Shown piece by piece: positions 1-9,410 of a DNA stretch of 64,000 bases (positions within the stretch are counted from its first letter, which is position 1; every line of letters begins with the position of its first letter). The DNA lies in assembly GCA_964515075.1 (NCBI GenBank), contig CAZETE010000001.1:34623-98622 (forward strand), in the 5' to 3' direction. The notes below the pieces were generated by a model. The model ran no database searches, was not told the origin of the DNA, and worked only from the letters and a program-made list of their open reading frames with translations. Position numbers and translations under genes: made by a program. Source of the stretch: an uncultured Actinomycetota bacterium. Its GTDB lineage: Bacteria > Actinomycetota > Geothermincolia > Geothermincolales > Geothermincolaceae.

Positions 1-709
1 CCGCCGCCTGGTTATCGAATGCCGCGAGCCCATCCCCTGCGATCCCTGCGCGGTGGCGTGCAGGCGGGGCGCGCTGGTCATGAAGGGCGGCATCAACGCG
101 CCCCCGTCGTACCGCGGGGAGCGCTGCGACGGCTGCGGCGCCTGCATCGACGCCTGCCCCGGTTCCTGCATATTCCTGGTGGAGGAGGCAGGGGGCGGGC
201 GGACCCGGGTGACCATGGCCTACGACCGGCTGCCGGTCCCCGCCGAGGGGAGCGTGGTGCCGCTGGTCGGCGCGGACGGCAAGGCCCTCGGCGAAGGGAG
301 GGTGTGCCGGGTGAAGAACGCCAAGGCCGACCGGCGCCTGCGTCTGCTGACCGTGGAGGTTGCGGGCGAGCACGGCGCCGAGGTGCGCGGGATCGGGAGC
401 CCGGGCGCCTCCTCGGGGAGGCGCCCGGCGGAGCCGGTCGACCCTCCCCCGGAGGAGGATTACCTGGTCTGCCGGTGCGAGGAGGTCTTCCGTTCCGAGC
501 TGCTCAAGGCGGCCTCCGCGGGGGTGCGGCACGCCGCCAACCTGAGGAGGTTCACCCGCACGGGCCTGGGCCTCTGCCAGGGCAGCGCCTGTGCCGAAAC
601 GCTGCTGAGCGAACTGTCCGGCCTGACCGGGCTGGAGATCGAGCTGCTGGGCTTGCCCCGGGCGCGGCCGCCGGTGCGGCCGGTGGGCCTCGGGAAGCTC
701 GGCGTATAG
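1..709 (+). CDS. Fe-S protein, 5'-partial: 4Fe-4S dicluster ferredoxin motifs followed by a BFD-like [2Fe-2S]-binding domain; probable small subunit of a heteromeric FAD-dependent oxidase/dehydrogenase
   Basis: Frame 2 is open from the window edge. Translation gives CREPIPCDPCAVAC and CDGCGACIDACP (two CxxCxxC...CP motifs), then CRCEEV...CQGSAC (BFD-like 2Fe-2S). Stop TAG at 707-709. A strong RBS GAGGAGGGAG follows, serving the next gene. Confidence 0.6.
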   Translation, partial: RRLVIECREPIPCDPCAVACRRGALVMKGGINAPPSYRGERCDGCGACIDACPGSCIFLVEEAGGGRTRVTMAYDRLPVPAEGSVVPLVGADGKALGEGRVCRVKNAKADRRLRLLTVEVAGEHGAEVRGIGSPGASSGRRPAEPVDPPPEEDYLVCRCEEVFRSELLKAASAGVRHAANLRRFTRTGLGLCQGSACAETLLSELSGLTGLEIELLGLPRARPPVRPVGLGKLGV

Positions 710-720
710 AGGAGGGAGTC

Positions 721-1890
721 ATGGAGGTTCTGAGCGCTGAAGTGGTGGTCATCGGGGGAGGGGTCATCGGCGCCTCCATCGCCTACTACCTGAGCAAGGA
801 GGGCGTGGGAGTGATGATGGTGGAGGCGGAGGACCTCGCTTCCGGGGCCTCGGGAGCTTGCGACGGGTTCCTCTTTCTCCAGTCCAAGCAGCCGGGTGCC
901 CACCTGGAGCTGGCCAGGGAGAGCGTGGCCCTCTACCCGGAACTGGCACGGGAGCTGGACGTGGATATCGAGTACAACCCCTGCGGCGGGCTCATCCTGG
1001 CCCGGAACGCCGACGAGATGAAGGCCTTGAGGGCGGGCGTGAAGAAGATGAAGGGCGCCGGGCTGGACGTGGAGATGGTCACCGAGGCCGACCTGAAGAA
1101 GATCGCCCCGGCCGTGGCCGAGGGGGCCAAGGGAGCTTCCCTGTGCCGGGATGACGCGCAGGTCAACCCCACCCTGCTCACCCTGGGCCTGGCCAAGAAG
1201 GCCGGGGACCTGGGGGCGACCATCCTCGTCAACTGCCGGGTGGACAACATCATCATCATGAACGAGAGGGTCAAGGAACTGAGGACCTCGGTGGGCCCCA
1301 TCCACACCCGCAAGGTGGTCTGCGCGGCGGGCGTGGGGTCCAACCAGATCGGCAAGATGGCCATCATCGACATTCCGGTGATGCCCCGCAAGGGACAGGT
1401 CCTCGTGACCGAGCCCACCGAGCGCGTGCTGGACCACGTGGTGGCCGACTTCGACTACATGCTCGCCAAGACCGGCGGCGACGAGAGCTCCGCCAAGAGC
1501 GAGGAGGCCAAGCGGCTGGGCCTGGGCTTCACCGCCGAGCAGACCGCCAGCGGCAACATCCTCCTGGGGAGCACCCGCGAGTTCACCGGCTTCGACACCG
1601 AGACCACCGCCGAGGCCATCAACGCCATCGCCAAGAACGCCTCGGAGATAATGCCGGCCATCAACGAGCTCGACGTCATCCGGAGCTTTGCGGGGCTGCG
1701 GCCCTACTCCCCCGACGGCCTGCCCATCCTGGGGACGGTCAAGGGGATCAAGGGCTTCTACCTGGCGACCGGGCATTCCGGGGACGGCGTGAGCCTCGCG
1801 CCCATCACCGGCAAGCTCATGGCCGAGCTGATCCTCTACAGCGAGACCAGCCTGGACCTCAAGCCCTTCTCGCTGAAGAGGTTCAAGTGA
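721..1890 (+). CDS. FAD-dependent oxidoreductase, DAO family (glycine/sarcosine/opine oxidase beta-subunit-like)
   Basis: ATG at 721 follows GAGGAGGGAGTC. N-terminal dinucleotide-binding motif VVVIGGGVIGASIAYYL; length 389 aa. The upstream Fe-S subunit fits the two-component oxidase architecture. Confidence 0.85.
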   Translation: MEVLSAEVVVIGGGVIGASIAYYLSKEGVGVMMVEAEDLASGASGACDGFLFLQSKQPGAHLELARESVALYPELARELDVDIEYNPCGGLILARNADEMKALRAGVKKMKGAGLDVEMVTEADLKKIAPAVAEGAKGASLCRDDAQVNPTLLTLGLAKKAGDLGATILVNCRVDNIIIMNERVKELRTSVGPIHTRKVVCAAGVGSNQIGKMAIIDIPVMPRKGQVLVTEPTERVLDHVVADFDYMLAKTGGDESSAKSEEAKRLGLGFTAEQTASGNILLGSTREFTGFDTETTAEAINAIAKNASEIMPAINELDVIRSFAGLRPYSPDGLPILGTVKGIKGFYLATGHSGDGVSLAPITGKLMAELILYSETSLDLKPFSLKRFK

Positions 1891-1909
1891 TGCGGGAGAG
1901 GGAGCGGCC

Positions 1910-3427
1910 TTGAAGGTACTCTTCGTCTACCCCGACTACAAGATCAACGTCGACCAGGACACCGGGAGGGTGACCGGGGTGGAGAGGGGCGGCTGGTACA
2001 TGGAGGGGGCGGCCTCCATCTCCGCCGTGCTCAAGCAGGAGGGCTTCGAGGTCTCCCTCTACCACCTGGTGGAGCCGGAGGACCGGGCGGCCTTTCAGCG
2101 CAGGATCTCGGAGGAGGCCCCCGGGCTCATCGGCTTCATCACCATGACCAGGGAGTACCCCCAGGTGAAGGAGTATGCCCGCTGGGCCAAGGAGGTCACG
2201 GACGCGCCGGTCATCTCCGGCAGCTACCACCCCACCACCAAGCCCGAAGAGGTCATCGCCACCGAGGGCATCGACATGCTCTGCCGGGGGGAGGGGGAGG
2301 ACGCCATGCTGGAACTGGCCCGGGCCCTCCGCTCGGGCGAGGACTACTCCGGCATCCGCAACCTCTGGGTGAAGCGGGGAGGGGAGGTGCTCCGCAACCC
2401 GGTGCGCCCCTTGAGGGAGGACCTGGACACTCTGCCCCTGCCGGACTTCGGCCTCTTCGACTTCTCGAAGCTCGCCAGCACGCAGATCAAGACGGGCGTG
2501 GTCATCCTCTCGCGGGGCTGCCCCTACAGCTGCACCTACTGCTCCAACAAGAAGCTGCGGGAGATCTACCCCAACAAAGGGAGGTATTCGCGCTTCCACA
2601 GCCCGGCATACTCCATCGAATACCTGAAGAAGCTCATCGACACCTGCCCGCAGATCGAGTACCTCAACTTCCGCGACGACATCCTGCCCTGGAAGGGGGG
2701 GTGGCTGGAGGAGTTCACCCGGGCCTACCGGCGGGAGATCGGCCTGCCCTTCATCTGCAACTACCGGGCCAACCTGGTGACGCCGGAGGTGGTGCGCATG
2801 CTGCGCGAAGCCGGCTGCTATCAGATGTTCTTCGGGGTGGAGAGCGGCAACGACTACATCCGCAACACCGTGCTCAACCGGCACATGGACCGCCGGGAGA
2901 TCATCTCCGCCTTCCAGGCCTGCCGGGAGGCGGGGATCAAGACGGTGGCCTACAACATGGTGGGGCTGCCCTTCGAGGACATGTCGTGCGTGCTGGACAC
3001 CGTCAAGCTGAACGCGGAGATCCGGGCGGACATCTCCCTCAACCCCATCTATTATCCTTACCCCGACACCGCCCTCTTCGAGGTGGCGGTGGAGGAGGGG
3101 TTCGTGCCGGCGGCCTACGATTACCGCGAGGACCGCTACGTCGACCAGCCGACGCTCCGCAGGGATCAGCTCTTCTTCGTCCGCCGCTACTTCAAGACCT
3201 TCGTCCGCGCCTACCGCCTGGCCCGCCGCCTGCCGGCTCCCCTGGGCGCGTCGGCGGAGAGGCTGCTGGACGGGGTCTGGCTGAGCCCGCGCCTGCCCCA
3301 CCGCCTGCTGGTCAAGGTGGCCCACCGGCGCGACCTCGCGGTGGAGCGGGCCAAGGAGGCCTTCCGCAAGGCCAGCCCGGAGCTCTACCTCAAGGTGCGG
3401 GACCGCGTCCGGGGAGTGGAAAGGTAG
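1910..3427 (+). CDS. B12-binding domain-containing radical SAM protein (class B radical SAM family)
   Basis: TTG start 20 nt after the previous stop. The N-terminal domain looks like a Rossmann-like cobalamin-binding domain (VLFVYPDY..., GFITMT). Radical SAM cysteine motif CPYSCTYC. Length 505 aa. Confidence 0.8.
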   Translation: MKVLFVYPDYKINVDQDTGRVTGVERGGWYMEGAASISAVLKQEGFEVSLYHLVEPEDRAAFQRRISEEAPGLIGFITMTREYPQVKEYARWAKEVTDAPVISGSYHPTTKPEEVIATEGIDMLCRGEGEDAMLELARALRSGEDYSGIRNLWVKRGGEVLRNPVRPLREDLDTLPLPDFGLFDFSKLASTQIKTGVVILSRGCPYSCTYCSNKKLREIYPNKGRYSRFHSPAYSIEYLKKLIDTCPQIEYLNFRDDILPWKGGWLEEFTRAYRREIGLPFICNYRANLVTPEVVRMLREAGCYQMFFGVESGNDYIRNTVLNRHMDRREIISAFQACREAGIKTVAYNMVGLPFEDMSCVLDTVKLNAEIRADISLNPIYYPYPDTALFEVAVEEGFVPAAYDYREDRYVDQPTLRRDQLFFVRRYFKTFVRAYRLARRLPAPLGASAERLLDGVWLSPRLPHRLLVKVAHRRDLAVERAKEAFRKASPELYLKVRDRVRGVER

Positions 3428-3440
3428 TCCGAAAAGAGCC

Positions 3441-4478
3441 ATGGCGGAATGCATCAACTGCGGGCGCGAGACCGAGCCGGGAAGCTTCTTCTGCCAGGAA
3501 TGCCTGGACTCCATGGCGCCGGGGGAGGAGGAGCGGCAGCCGCAACCCCCGCCGCCCGGCGGCGGGAAGGAGCCGCCCCCGGCGGCCCGCGCGGGGGCCT
3601 CCGCCGGGGACGAACGGCCGTCCGGGCAGGCCATAGACGCGGTCAGGGCCAGCGTCCTCACCCCCCCGGGGGAGAAACGCGTCCTCAAGGCGGCTACCGA
3701 ACCGCCGCAAAGTAAGCCCGGGAAGGGCCGGTCCGAGGCCCCGCGGGAGGGGCCGGACGCCGGAGAGAGGGCCAGGGCGGCCCTCGGGAAGGCGGGACGC
3801 GGCGGCAGGAGGGCGGCGGGAGCCCTCAAGGGAGCCGCCTTCAAGGGCGGACGCTGGCTCAAGGGACTGGCCCTGCAAGAGAGCGCTCCGCTCAAGGGAG
3901 CGGACCTGGCGGCCTGGGCCGTCGGCCTGGGGGCGTCCCTGCTGCTGCTGGCGTCCCTGACCCTCATGGACCTGCTCGAGTTCGCCTGGATGCCGAAGGA
4001 GCCGGACGCCTTCGAGGCGACCTTCTCCCGCCTCAAGGGCTTCGATCTGGGGCTGTTCGGCTACCTGCTCATCGCCTGCGCGGCGCTGATCCTGGTGGTG
4101 CAGGCGTCGAGCCTGGCGGCCGCGAGGTACGGTTGGAGGACCCGCCTCAACCCCTCCTTCCTGGCGGCGGCGCTCTGCCTGGTGGCCCTGGGCCTCCTGC
4201 CCCTGGCGCTGGCCAGCAACGCCGCCATCGTCAGCGCCTCGACCGCCCGGTCGCGGCTGCCCATGGAAGACCTGGGATACGCCAGGAAGTCCGTATTGTA
4301 CGGCGCCTATATCGCGCTCTTCAGCATGGTGGCCGTCTTCGGGGCGGCTTCCTCCATCCTGGCGGAGGAGAAGGCCGTGCCGTACTGGATGGCCTCCCTG
4401 TACGGCCGGTGCAGGGACGGGGTGAAGGCCTTGGCGGGGAAGGCGCGCGGCGGCGGCAGGGGCGGCCTCCATGCCTAG
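3441..4478 (+). CDS. zinc-ribbon domain membrane protein, function unknown
   Basis: N-terminal CxxC...CxxC (MAECINCG...FCQEC). A Pro/Gly/Ala-rich low-complexity linker precedes about 4 predicted TM helices. The gene sits 13 nt after the radical SAM gene, so co-transcription is likely. Confidence 0.55.
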   Translation: MAECINCGRETEPGSFFCQECLDSMAPGEEERQPQPPPPGGGKEPPPAARAGASAGDERPSGQAIDAVRASVLTPPGEKRVLKAATEPPQSKPGKGRSEAPREGPDAGERARAALGKAGRGGRRAAGALKGAAFKGGRWLKGLALQESAPLKGADLAAWAVGLGASLLLLASLTLMDLLEFAWMPKEPDAFEATFSRLKGFDLGLFGYLLIACAALILVVQASSLAAARYGWRTRLNPSFLAAALCLVALGLLPLALASNAAIVSASTARSRLPMEDLGYARKSVLYGAYIALFSMVAVFGAASSILAEEKAVPYWMASLYGRCRDGVKALAGKARGGGRGGLHA

Positions 4479-5322
4479 AAGGGACGGCAGGTCGGGGGCG
4501 GGGACCGCGGGCAGGGGAGCTGGGCGCGTCCTCGACGCCTTCGACGCCTTCATCCTGGACATGGACGGGGTGCTCTACCGCCGCGACGAGCCCATCCGCA
4601 CGGCGGTGGAGTTCGTCGGCCGGCTGGCAGCCGAGTCCAAGGAGGTCCTCTTCCTCACCAACAACTCCCGGTACGGGACGGAGCACTACCGGAGGAAGCT
4701 CAAGGCCATGGGCATCGAGGCCGGCCGCGAAGCCATCCTGACCTCCCCCGAGGTGCTGCGCGAGTACCTGCGTGAGGGCCGGGCGGCGCCGGGCGAAACG
4801 GCCCTGGTCATCGGCAGCCGGGCACTGGAGAGGGAGGTGGAACGGGTGCCGCTCGAGCTGGTCCGCGGCGAGGAGGGCAAGCGCGCGGACCTGGTGGTGG
4901 TGGGGTGGGACACCGCCATCAACTACGAAAAGCTCAAGGCGGCCTGCCTGGCCGTCCACAACGGGGCTGCCCTGGTGGCCACCAACGACGACGCCACCTA
5001 TCCCGCGCCGGAGGGCAAGTGGCCGGGGACCGGGGCCCTGGTGGCGGCGCTGGAGAGGTGCACCGGCGAGCGGGCGGCGGTGGTGGGCAAACCCAACCCC
5101 TACATGATGGAGTGCGCCCTGCGGCGCGTGGAGGCCCCGCGCTCGCGCATCCTGATGATCGGCGACCGGGTGGAGACGGACGTCCTGGGCGGGAAGCGCG
5201 CCGGGTTGAGGACCTGCCTGGTGCTGACGGGGGTGAGCGGCAGGGCGGATGCCGAGGCCGCCCGCCCGCGGCCCGACTACGTGGTCGGGGACCTGACGGA
5301 GCTGGCCGCCGTCCCGCGATGA
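4471..5322 (+). CDS. HAD-IIA family hydrolase (NagD-like sugar-phosphatase)
   Basis: DMDGVLY catalytic motif I (DxDGxL). The internal motif LTNN and a C-terminal GD...TD motif are typical of NagD/HAD-IIA. Start is uncertain. The ATG at 4471 overlaps the upstream stop. Confidence 0.8.
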   Translation: MPRRDGRSGAGTAGRGAGRVLDAFDAFILDMDGVLYRRDEPIRTAVEFVGRLAAESKEVLFLTNNSRYGTEHYRRKLKAMGIEAGREAILTSPEVLREYLREGRAAPGETALVIGSRALEREVERVPLELVRGEEGKRADLVVVGWDTAINYEKLKAACLAVHNGAALVATNDDATYPAPEGKWPGTGALVAALERCTGERAAVVGKPNPYMMECALRRVEAPRSRILMIGDRVETDVLGGKRAGLRTCLVLTGVSGRADAEAARPRPDYVVGDLTELAAVPR

Positions 5323-6050
5323 TCCCCCTCTGGGACCGCAATCCCGCCCGGCGCCTTCCCCTGGTGACCGCGGCCCTGATCCTGGCCAACCTGGCCGTCT
5401 TCCTCTACATGCTGACCTTGAGCCCCTCGGGGCTGGAGACCTTCATCTGCCGCTTCGCGGCCGTGCCCCGGGAGATCTGCAGCGGGCGGCAGCTCCCGGC
5501 CCCGGAGGCGGCGCAGCTGCTCCCGCTGGCAGACCCGGGCATGGTCAAGAACGTCTACCTGGCCCTTGTGACCTGCATGTTCCTGCATTCGGGCTGGCTG
5601 CACCTCCTCTTCAACCTGCTGTTTCTGGCGGTCTTCGGCAACAACGTGGAGGACGCCATGGGGCACCTTGCCTACCTGCTCTTCTACCTGCTCTGCGGGG
5701 TGGCCGCCACCGTGCTGCACGCGGCGGTCTATCCGCAGAGCGCCGCTCCGCTGGTGGGGGCCTCGGGCGCCATCGCCGGGGTGATGGGTTCCTACCTGCT
5801 GCTCTATCCGCGCGCCCGCATCGTCGCCCTGGCCTTCTTCCTGGTCCTGCCCGTTCCGGCCTGGGCCTTCATCGGGGCCTGGGCGGCCTGCCAGTTCCTG
5901 GCGGCCCTGGCCTCGCGGGGCGGCGCGGCGGGGAACGTGGCCTGGTTCGCGCACGCCGGAGGGATGGCCTGCGGGGTGGCGGCGACGCTGGCGTTCTACC
6001 CGCTGCTCAAGGGGAGGCGCGGGCGGCGCGGAGGCCGCGAGGAGGGATGA
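5319..6050 (+). CDS. rhomboid family intramembrane serine protease
   Basis: The ATG at 5319 overlaps the HAD stop (ATGA). Six TM segments; GASGAIAG (GxSG catalytic serine) and a later conserved His (AHAGGMACG). Confidence 0.8.
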   Translation: MIPLWDRNPARRLPLVTAALILANLAVFLYMLTLSPSGLETFICRFAAVPREICSGRQLPAPEAAQLLPLADPGMVKNVYLALVTCMFLHSGWLHLLFNLLFLAVFGNNVEDAMGHLAYLLFYLLCGVAATVLHAAVYPQSAAPLVGASGAIAGVMGSYLLLYPRARIVALAFFLVLPVPAWAFIGAWAACQFLAALASRGGAAGNVAWFAHAGGMACGVAATLAFYPLLKGRRGRRGGREEG

Positions 6051-6053
6051 GGG

Positions 6054-7115
6054 CTAGCGGTCGAACTGCTTGAGGATGGGGTAGGGGTTGACGGCGGCGC
6101 CGCCGCCGGGGTGGATCTCGAAATGGAGGTGGGGAGGGGTTCCCTGGGCGTTGCCGGTGTCGCCCACGTAGCCGATGACCGTGCCGGCCGTGACCCGGCC
6201 GGTCTGCCCGAACTTCTGCAGGTGCATGTAGTAGTAGACGTTGCCGTCGTCGCCCACCAGCCGTATGTAGTTGCCGGCGTTCTTGCCCACGCCGGTGGAG
6301 GCCGAGCCGGAGACGCAGGCCACGCAGGGGGTGCCCATGGAGGCGAAGATGTCGTTGCCCAGGTGGACGCCGCCGACGGCGCGCGGCTCGTGCCAGTCGT
6401 TGGAGTAGGTGTGCGCCCCCTTGACCGGGAAGACGAAGGAGGAGACGGTGGTCTTGCCGCTGGTGGCGCTCCCCCCGCCGCCCCCGCCGCCCGACTGGGA
6501 CATCAGCTGCAGCACCTCCGCGTTGACCGAGGCCAGCAGCCTCTCCTGGGCGGCCAGGGAGGCCTGCAGCTCCATCTGCTTCTGCTGGACCTGCCCCAGC
6601 GCGTGCTGCTTGCGGGCCTTCTGGTCCTCCAGGTCGCGCTGGCGGACGGCGACCTCGCGCCGCAGATCCTTGGTCTGCTTGAAGATGCCCAGGTCCTGCC
6701 CGGCGATGTAGTTGAGGAAGTCGTAGCGGCTGAGCATGTCGTCGATGGAGGTCGACTCCAGGAGCACCTCCACCGCGTTGACCTCGCCCTCCATGTAGAT
6801 GGCCCGGATGCGTCCGGCAAGGATCCTGCGGGACTGGTCGTAATCGGCCTGGGCCTTCTCCAGCTTGCGGGTGTTGTCGGCGATGAGGAAGTTGACGGAC
6901 TCCAGCTCCGAGAGCTGCTGGGAGTACTCGAGGGCCGCCCGCTCGCTCTGGCTCTTGAGCGCGTTGAGCTGCTCCTGCACGCGCTGCGCCTCACCCTGTT
7001 TCTCCTGCAGGGTGGCGGCCCGGGCAGCCGGGGCGGCGGGCCCCGCGCAGAGGAGCACGGCCAGGCTCAAGGCCAGGCAGGCCGACTTGCCAAGCAGCGT
7101 CTTCAAGGCCGCCAT
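6054..7115 (-). CDS. M23 family metallopeptidase with N-terminal signal/TM and coiled-coil domain (EnvC/peptidoglycan DD-endopeptidase-like)
   Basis: Start MAALKTLL follows RBS AGGAGG. Coiled-coil with Q/E-rich repeats, then a Gly linker (GGGGGGG). The C-terminal LytM domain carries the HxxxD and HLHFE motifs. Confidence 0.8.
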   Translation of the reverse strand: MAALKTLLGKSACLALSLAVLLCAGPAAPAARAATLQEKQGEAQRVQEQLNALKSQSERAALEYSQQLSELESVNFLIADNTRKLEKAQADYDQSRRILAGRIRAIYMEGEVNAVEVLLESTSIDDMLSRYDFLNYIAGQDLGIFKQTKDLRREVAVRQRDLEDQKARKQHALGQVQQKQMELQASLAAQERLLASVNAEVLQLMSQSGGGGGGGSATSGKTTVSSFVFPVKGAHTYSNDWHEPRAVGGVHLGNDIFASMGTPCVACVSGSASTGVGKNAGNYIRLVGDDGNVYYYMHLQKFGQTGRVTAGTVIGYVGDTGNAQGTPPHLHFEIHPGGGAAVNPYPILKQFDR

Positions 7116-7265
7116 GTCCGCGTGACGACACCTCCTGCGAAATGCGTTAGAATTATCCGCAACGGCACGCCTCATCATGCTTATTGAAGCACGATGCTGT
7201 TGGCGGTGTCAATGATTGTTAATAACATAGTATAAAATATAATTATTGTTAAAGAAAGGACGGCC

Positions 7266-7997
7266 ATGATCGTCGTCGATTCGCTGGTCAAGTCCTACGG
7301 GAAGAAGCGGGTCCTCGCGGGCATCGACCTGGAGGTGGGGGAGGGGCGCATCTACGGTCTGCTGGGGCCGAACGGCGCCGGAAAGACCACCCTGCTCAAG
7401 CTGCTCTCCTGCCTGCTCCGGCCGGATTCGGGCGACGCCTTCGTGGGCGGGCTCTCCATACGCCGCGAGGCGCGGAGCGTCCGGTCCTCCATCGGGCTGG
7501 TGCCCCAGGAGGCGGCCATGTACGCCAAGCTGTCGGTGGGGGAGAACCTGGCCCTGATGGGCAGGCTGCACGGGATGGAGGCCGCGGACTGCCGGGAGCG
7601 GGCGGACCGGCTGCTGGAGCGGTTGCGGCTTAAGGACGCCGCCGGGACCCGGGCCGAGCACTGCTCCGCCGGGATGCGTCAGGCCTTGAACATCGCCATG
7701 GGGCTGGTCCACCGGCCCCGGGTGGTGCTGCTGGACGAGCCCACGGAAGGGCTGGACCCGGCGGTGCGCCGCGCCGCCTGGGAGCTCTTTCAGGAAATGG
7801 CCGGGGAGGGAAGGACGCTGCTGCTCACCACGCACGTCATGAGCGAAGCCGAGGGATACTGCGACGAGGTGGCCCTCCTCCGATCGGGGGAGATACGCGT
7901 GGTGGGGCCGCCGCGGGAGGTGAGGGAGCGCCTGGTGGGCGAGGCCTCCCTGGAGGAGGTCTTCATGGACCTGCCGGCGGAGAAGGGCCGGGCATGA
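7266..7997 (+). CDS. ABC transporter ATP-binding protein
   Basis: Walker A GPNGAGKTT, ABC signature CSAGMRQ, Walker B LLLDEPT. Confidence 0.85.
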   Translation: MIVVDSLVKSYGKKRVLAGIDLEVGEGRIYGLLGPNGAGKTTLLKLLSCLLRPDSGDAFVGGLSIRREARSVRSSIGLVPQEAAMYAKLSVGENLALMGRLHGMEAADCRERADRLLERLRLKDAAGTRAEHCSAGMRQALNIAMGLVHRPRVVLLDEPTEGLDPAVRRAAWELFQEMAGEGRTLLLTTHVMSEAEGYCDEVALLRSGEIRVVGPPREVRERLVGEASLEEVFMDLPAEKGRA

Positions 7998-9340
7998 GCG
8001 CTTACCGGCAGATCGTCGCCAAGGACTTGAAGATCATCTTCCGCCACCGGCTGCTCCTGGTCATCCTGCTGCTCTACCCCTTCGTGCTCATGGCCATCGT
8101 CGGCCTCACCTTCTCCGAGGACCGTCCCTTCGCCGTGGGCGTGGTGGTGGAGGGGGAGGGCGCCGGGACGGAGAGGGCCGGCAGGGTCTGGATCGAGGGA
8201 GAGCCCTACGGGGCGCTGGAGCTGGTGGAGAGGTTCCTGGGCGAGGTGGCCGGGGTGGAGGAGTACCCCGACCAGGCTTCGGCGGAGCGGGCCCTGCGGG
8301 AGGGGCGCCTGGACGCGGCGCTGGTCATCCCGGCCGGCTTCATCGAGGGCCTGAAGAACCTCTACGAGAGCGCCACCGTCGAGGTCATCGTGGACCAGAG
8401 CAACGTGTTCAGGGCGGCCTCGGCGGAGATGAGCGTGCGGGGGGCCCTCTCCCGCGTCAACCGCAGCGTGGTGGAGGAGAAGCTGCGCGCGGTCATCTCC
8501 GGCCTCGGCGTCCTGGTTTCGGGGGGCGACTTCTTCGGCAGCCAGGTCATCGGCATGGAGGAGGTCATCGAGAATCTCGAGCAGGTCCAGGCTTCCCTGA
8601 CCGACCAGGGGCTGCAGGCGCGCCTGGAGGGAGAGCTCAAGCTGGCCCGGACGGTCATCGAGGACCTCGGCAGCGCCGCCGACTACCTGCGGGGAACGGC
8701 CATGCCCCTGGAGGTGGAGGTCAGCGGGGTCTCCGGACGGGCGCTGGACCTGAGCGAGAGCGTCACCCCGCTGCTGCTGGGCCTGTCCACCCTGTGGACG
8801 GGCATCCTCTGCGCGGCCGTCCTCATGTCCATGGAGGAGGAGGACGGCATGCGCCGGCGGCTGCGCCTCACGAGCATGGGGGACCTCGCCTTCATCTCCG
8901 CCAAGTCCACCACCGCCTTCCTCATCGTCTTCGCGCAGTCCCTGGCCATGGGCCTGATCGCCCTGGCCCTCTTCCCCTCCCTCTCCGCCAGCGTCCTCCT
9001 CTCCCTCGTGGTGGTCTCGCTGACCGCCCTCTCCTCCATCGGCATCGGCATCGGCATCTCCGCCCTGGCGCGGGAGGTGGCTTCCTCCATCATCATCTCG
9101 GTGCTGGTGACCTTCCCGGTGTTCTTCCTCTCCGGGGCCATCTTTCCCTTGAACCGCATGCCCGGCTACCTGCGGGCGGCGGCCCGCCTGATCCCCTTCA
9201 CCTGGGCGTTCGACACCCTCAACGGGGTGATGCTGCGGTCGGACCCCGCCTCCATGGTCCTGCGCGACCTGCTGGTCATCACGGCTTTCGGGGCGGCCCT
9301 GCTCCTCCTGGGGTCCTGGCTGATCAGGCGGACGGACTGA
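7994..9340 (+). CDS. ABC-2 family transporter permease with a large extracytoplasmic loop
   Basis: Overlaps the ATPase stop (operon). TM1, then a ~230-aa soluble loop, then 5 C-terminal TM helices. This is an ABC-2/YhgE-like topology. Confidence 0.75.
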   Translation: MSAYRQIVAKDLKIIFRHRLLLVILLLYPFVLMAIVGLTFSEDRPFAVGVVVEGEGAGTERAGRVWIEGEPYGALELVERFLGEVAGVEEYPDQASAERALREGRLDAALVIPAGFIEGLKNLYESATVEVIVDQSNVFRAASAEMSVRGALSRVNRSVVEEKLRAVISGLGVLVSGGDFFGSQVIGMEEVIENLEQVQASLTDQGLQARLEGELKLARTVIEDLGSAADYLRGTAMPLEVEVSGVSGRALDLSESVTPLLLGLSTLWTGILCAAVLMSMEEEDGMRRRLRLTSMGDLAFISAKSTTAFLIVFAQSLAMGLIALALFPSLSASVLLSLVVVSLTALSSIGIGIGISALAREVASSIIISVLVTFPVFFLSGAIFPLNRMPGYLRAAARLIPFTWAFDTLNGVMLRSDPASMVLRDLLVITAFGAALLLLGSWLIRRTD

Positions 9341-9410
9341 GGGGATGTGTTAAAATGGTCCGTGTTTCCCAAGTAAAGCCGGTTCCGTTCGACGATGAGG
9401 TGGTGATCCC

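Noticed and set aside
4905-5318. N-terminal 138 aa of the 381-aa ORF 4905-6050
   Set aside because: Off-frame overlap of the HAD hydrolase gene. The rhomboid protein starts at ATG 5319.
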